The position numbers were made by a program, and so were the translations under genes. Below are positions 59,191 through 64,000 of a stretch of DNA of 64,000 nt, in pieces (the stretch's first letter is position 1; each line of letters starts with the position of its first letter). The notes beneath the pieces were generated by a model. That model did no database searches, was not told where the DNA came from, and saw nothing but the letters and a program-made list of their open reading frames with translations. Source of the DNA: Nitrospirota bacterium (GTDB taxonomy: Bacteria > Nitrospirota > UBA9217); NCBI GenBank assembly GCA_963663225.1, contig OY760142.1, positions 1,248,001-1,312,000 of the forward strand. The letters are read 5' to 3'.

Positions 59191-59616
59191 ATGTTGGACA
59201 TTGACAGCACATTTATTATACAGCTCGTAAATTTTCTTGTCGTACTAGTTGCACTTCATTATATTCTCTTTAAGCCCATCAGGCAAATCATCAGGGAGCG
59301 TGGGGAAAAGATCAGCACCGCGCTCGGCGATGCAAAGACTGCACAAGACCGCATGCAGTCCCTCCTTGAACAATACAATTCCTTACTCGACGGCTCAAAA
59401 CAGAAAGCGACCGCAGCGTATAATGCGCTGTATCAGCAGGGGCTGGACATCCAGAGAGAGCTTATTGCCGCGGAACGTGCAAAAGCCGCTGAGTTGCTGG
59501 ACAAGGCACGGACGGAAATTGCGACGCTGTCTTCCTCTGCCAGGGCCGATCTGAAAAAGGAAGCAGAAAAGCTGTCGCAGGACATTACCTCCAAACTGCT
59601 CGGAAGGGCGGTATAG
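59191..59616 (+). CDS. ATP synthase F0 subunit b'
   Basis: IQLVNFLV..ILFKPI, coiled coil, KLLGRAV. Confidence 0.9.
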   Translation: MLDIDSTFIIQLVNFLVVLVALHYILFKPIRQIIRERGEKISTALGDAKTAQDRMQSLLEQYNSLLDGSKQKATAAYNALYQQGLDIQRELIAAERAKAAELLDKARTEIATLSSSARADLKKEAEKLSQDITSKLLGRAV

Positions 59617-59619
59617 TAA

Positions 59620-60204
59620 ATGAGACGCACAATAACAACAGGAATTTTACCGCTGGTTTCCGGATTCCTGGTGACGCTGATCGCTTTCGCAGGGGAGGCA
59701 AGCAGCGGCGCCCATGAGCAAGCGAGCTTCATGACGGACTGGTTTCCGAGAATCGTCAATTTTGCCATCCTTGCGGCCGTTGTCGTCTATTTTTTAAAAA
59801 AACCGATTCGGCAGTTCTTTAAAAACAGGTCAGCGGAAATTGCCAAGGCCATGCAGGAATCGCAGGCAGCCAGAGAGCGCACCCTTGCAGAACTTGCCGA
59901 GATGGAACAAAAGATGAAGGCTCTGGAGATTGAGACCGAAAGAATGATCTCGGAAGCCAAGGCGCGCGGAGAAAAGGACAAAGTGGAGCTTGTTGAAGAA
60001 GGTAAAAAGCTGGTCCGCGACATTCAGGGCCAGGTGCAGCAAGGAATAGACATAGAAGTTCGCAAGGCAAAGAACGCATTGGCGGTGGAGGCATCGCTTC
60101 TTTCCATCGATCTTGCGGAAGGCAGAATTAGGGATAAAATCAGCAGCAAGGACCATGACCGCATTGTAAAGGAATACATCTCCGAAGTGGGAGGCAAGGA
60201 TTGA
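59620..60204 (+). CDS. atpF: ATP synthase F0 subunit b
   Basis: RIVNFAIL..KKPIRQFF..R..I, coiled coil. Confidence 0.9.
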   Translation: MRRTITTGILPLVSGFLVTLIAFAGEASSGAHEQASFMTDWFPRIVNFAILAAVVVYFLKKPIRQFFKNRSAEIAKAMQESQAARERTLAELAEMEQKMKALEIETERMISEAKARGEKDKVELVEEGKKLVRDIQGQVQQGIDIEVRKAKNALAVEASLLSIDLAEGRIRDKISSKDHDRIVKEYISEVGGKD

Positions 60205-60737
60205 TCCGGACCATTGCAAAGAGATATGCGAAGGCGCTCATGGAGCTTGCTGAGGAGAGCAAGGCCGTTGAAAAAACCAAGGCAGACCTCGGGGTGTTCA
60301 TTGAGGCGGTTGACGCGCAGCCTGCAATGCGCAAACTTTTTGCGAGCCCGGTCTTTACTCCGGAAAATAAAAAGGCCGTTATCAATGAACTGGCAAAAAA
60401 GCTGAAACTGCAGCAGACCACGAAGCGTTTCATGGAATACCTGGCGGAATCGGGCAGAATAAGATATGTTGGGCATGTCTATGACGCTTTTTTGGAGCTG
60501 CTTGCCGAACGCCAGAACAGGGCGGCCGTGCAATTGACCACGGCGGCAGCCATAACCAAGCGCGATCTGACGGAGATTAGAAAGAAGCTTGAGGACTTGA
60601 CGGGAAAACAGGTTGATATCGACGTGCAGGTGGATGCTGAGCTGATCGGCGGTGCGAAGGCAAAAATCGGCAGCCTCATCTACGACGGGACGATCAAAAA
60701 TCAGATTGACAAGATGCGAAATCGTCTTTTGAATTAA
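60201..60737 (+). CDS. atpH: ATP synthase F1 subunit delta
   Basis: IAKRYAKAL, LIGG..IG..IYDGTIK. Confidence 0.93.
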   Translation: MIRTIAKRYAKALMELAEESKAVEKTKADLGVFIEAVDAQPAMRKLFASPVFTPENKKAVINELAKKLKLQQTTKRFMEYLAESGRIRYVGHVYDAFLELLAERQNRAAVQLTTAAAITKRDLTEIRKKLEDLTGKQVDIDVQVDAELIGGAKAKIGSLIYDGTIKNQIDKMRNRLLN

Positions 60738-60780
60738 ACGTATTTTTCTGACTTCGGGATACTGACTTCAAAGGAGTTGA

Positions 60781-62292
60781 ATGATGCAGATCAAGGCACA
60801 GGAAATCAGTGAGATCATAAAAAAGAAGATAACCGATTTCGAAAAGACCGTTGAGGTCGCCGAAATCGGCACCGTGATCACCGTCGGCGACGGTATTGCC
60901 AAGGTCTTCGGGCTCGACAATGTTATGTCGGGAGAACTTCTGGAGTTCCCGGGCGGGATCATGGGCATGGCGCTCAACCTTGAAGAAGAGAGTGTTGGCG
61001 TGGTGCTCATGGGCGACGATTCGCAGATCCGTGAAGGTGATGTCGTAAAACGCACCAAAAGAATTGCCGAGGTTCCTGTCGGCGACGCTATCGTCGGTCG
61101 CGTGGTAAACGGCATCGGGCAGCCTATTGACGGCAAGGGCCCCATTGCTTCGAAGGAATTCCGGAAAATTGAAGTTATTGCTCCGGGCATTGTTAAGCGT
61201 CAGTCGGTTCGTGAGCCGCTTCAGACCGGCCTGAAAGCTATCGATGCCATGATCCCGATCGGCCGGGGACAGCGCGAACTCATTATCGGCGACCGGCAGA
61301 CCGGAAAAACGGCTGTTGCTATTGATACCATCATCAACCAAAAAGGCCAAAACGTTATTTGCATCTACGTGGCCATCGGCCAGAAACGGTCCACCGTTGC
61401 CCAGGTGATCAAGACACTCGAAGAACATGGGGCGATGGAGTACACACTCATTGTGTCAGCGACGGCATCCGACCCGGCACCGCTTCAGTTTATTGCTCCC
61501 TATACGGGCTGCACCATCGGCGAATATTATCGCGACAGCGGCAAACACGCCCTGATTGTGTATGATGACCTTTCAAAACAAGCCACGGCCTATCGCCAGC
61601 TCTCGCTGCTGCTCCGCCGTCCTCCGGGACGCGAAGCGTACCCGGGCGATGTGTTTTATCTCCACTCCCGGCTGCTGGAGCGCGCGGCAAAACTGTCCGA
61701 CAAACTGGGAGGCGGCTCGCTGACGGCCCTTCCGATCATTGAAACGCAGGCGGGTGACGTTTCAGCATATATTCCGACAAACGTTATTTCGATCACGGAC
61801 GGCCAGATATTCCTGGAAACCGACCTTTTCTACTCAGGCGTGCGGCCTGCAATCAACGTCGGCATCTCCGTGTCCCGCGTGGGCGGCAGTGCCCAGGTCA
61901 AAGCCATGAAACAGGTGGCCGGTACGCTTCGTCTTGACCTTGCCCAGTACCGTGAGCTTGCCGCTTTTGCCCAGTTCGGCAGTGATCTGGACAAGGCAAC
62001 GCTGGCCCAGCTGAACCGCGGCCAACGCATGGTTGAGCTTCTGAAGCAGGACCAGTATTCTCCGCTGCCGGTTGAGCAGCAAATCTTTATTATTTTTGCC
62101 GGTACCAACGGCTATGTAGATGATGTCCCGGCGCATGCGGTAAAAAAATTCGAACAGGAACTGCTCCGGTTCGCGACCAGCACGCATCAGTCTTTGCTGA
62201 ATGAGATAGCAGCCAAGAAGCAAATTGATGAGGATATCAAGGCCCGTACGAAAGCGGCTATTGAAGAATTCAAAAAAACCTTTACGGCATAA
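60781..62292 (+). CDS. atpA: ATP synthase F1 subunit alpha
   Basis: [37 protein letters not shown]. Confidence 0.98.
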   Translation: MMQIKAQEISEIIKKKITDFEKTVEVAEIGTVITVGDGIAKVFGLDNVMSGELLEFPGGIMGMALNLEEESVGVVLMGDDSQIREGDVVKRTKRIAEVPVGDAIVGRVVNGIGQPIDGKGPIASKEFRKIEVIAPGIVKRQSVREPLQTGLKAIDAMIPIGRGQRELIIGDRQTGKTAVAIDTIINQKGQNVICIYVAIGQKRSTVAQVIKTLEEHGAMEYTLIVSATASDPAPLQFIAPYTGCTIGEYYRDSGKHALIVYDDLSKQATAYRQLSLLLRRPPGREAYPGDVFYLHSRLLERAAKLSDKLGGGSLTALPIIETQAGDVSAYIPTNVISITDGQIFLETDLFYSGVRPAINVGISVSRVGGSAQVKAMKQVAGTLRLDLAQYRELAAFAQFGSDLDKATLAQLNRGQRMVELLKQDQYSPLPVEQQIFIIFAGTNGYVDDVPAHAVKKFEQELLRFATSTHQSLLNEIAAKKQIDEDIKARTKAAIEEFKKTFTA

Positions 62293-62379
62293 AACCTTGC
62301 ACCACGGAGAACGGGCAGAGACGTGTTTTTCCTGCGCGGCGCTCTCAGCGGTACTGCAGGTCTGGAAAAGGGATTTTTC

Positions 62380-63252
62380 ATGCCCAGCTTAAGAGACATT
62401 AAAAGAAAGATAACAAGCGTCAAGAAGACCCAGCAAATCACGAAAGCCATGAAAATGGTTGCTGCGGCCAAACTTCGCCGCGCTCAGGACCGCGTAATTT
62501 CTGCTCGGCCATATGCACGCAAGATGCTGCAGGTTATCGCCAATCTTGCCGCCGGGGCCCCGCGGACACAGCACCCCCTCCTGGCAAAACGGGAACCCAA
62601 GAAAGTCAAACTTATTGTGCTCACTTCAGATCGCGGACTCTGCGGGGCGTATAATACCAACATTGTGCGTAAGGCGGCGGAAGCGGTCAGACAGTTTTCA
62701 GAGGAAGGAAAGCAAGTGCTGGTTGATGTCGTGGGCAGAAAAGGACGCGATTTCTTCCGCAAACGGCCGGCATATACCGTGGGTACCGTCTGGTCCGATT
62801 TGGGCACGATTACCTACGAAAAATCCGCTGATATCGGCAAACATGTTGTCGACCGATTTACTTCCGACGAAGCTGATGAGGTATATTTGCTCTATAACGA
62901 ATTTAAAAGCGTAATGCAGCAAAAAGTGACGCTTGAAAAACTCCTGCCGATCGAGCCGCCTGCTGAAGCCGATCCCTTTATGGCCGGAGCGGCTTTTAAC
63001 TACAATTATGAACCGTCGGAAGAGGAAATGCTCAGCTCCTTTCTTCCCAAGCACGTTGAAGTTCAGGTCTTTCGAGCGCTTCTTGAGAGCCAGGCGAGTG
63101 AGATGGGCGCCCGTATGACGGCAATGGATTCGGCCACGAGAAACGCCAAAGACATGATCGATAGGCTTACCCTGAAATTTAACAAGCAGCGTCAGGCCGC
63201 CATCACAAAGGAAATTTCTGAAATCGTCGGCGGAGCAGAAGCATTAAAATAA
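62380..63252 (+). CDS. atpG: ATP synthase F1 subunit gamma
   Basis: QITKAMKMVAAAKL, SDRGLCG, ARMTAM, RQAAITKEISEIVGGAEAL. Confidence 0.97.
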   Translation: MPSLRDIKRKITSVKKTQQITKAMKMVAAAKLRRAQDRVISARPYARKMLQVIANLAAGAPRTQHPLLAKREPKKVKLIVLTSDRGLCGAYNTNIVRKAAEAVRQFSEEGKQVLVDVVGRKGRDFFRKRPAYTVGTVWSDLGTITYEKSADIGKHVVDRFTSDEADEVYLLYNEFKSVMQQKVTLEKLLPIEPPAEADPFMAGAAFNYNYEPSEEEMLSSFLPKHVEVQVFRALLESQASEMGARMTAMDSATRNAKDMIDRLTLKFNKQRQAAITKEISEIVGGAEALK

Positions 63253-63281
63253 CAGCTAATTTCATTATACGGAAAGCATGA

Positions 63282-64000
<719 letters not shown>

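Overview
Bacterial chromosomal segment. The gene set and order (split atpF'-F-H-A-G-D operon, DksA, RomR next to valS, Pil/Chp-type chemosensory cluster) suggest a Nitrospirota- or Desulfobacterota-like anaerobe; this is inference. About 1-4.5 kb and 25.6-64 kb are mostly housekeeping: PpiC/SurA foldases, rlmI, dksA, ftsH, hup, mnmA, the chemosensory operon with romR, valS, nadC, birA, guaA, nadB, uvrA, class I fumarase and atp genes. A ~21 kb accessory region starts right after tRNA-Val(CAC) at 4498-4572. It contains two divergent caspase-like (peptidase C14) lipoprotein paralogues, a redox operon ending in a Cys-insert CheD, an orphan sigma28-driven flagellin, several lipoproteins, a GNAT, and a compact C5-methyltransferase / UvrD-PD-(D/E)XK helicase-nuclease / Vsr operon, which is a candidate defence system with no classical restriction endonuclease. 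The 12.3-17.5 kb stretch has hidden structure. The 3' end of a NUDIX gene recurs three more times as decayed copies behind different cargo genes. A ~220-nt structured repeat with co-varying stems flanks the flagellin. An AATAAAGATTTGAC(C/A)C-type motif marks the cargo junctions. No integrase, transposase or CRISPR array was recognised. All assignments come from motif reading only; no database searches were run.
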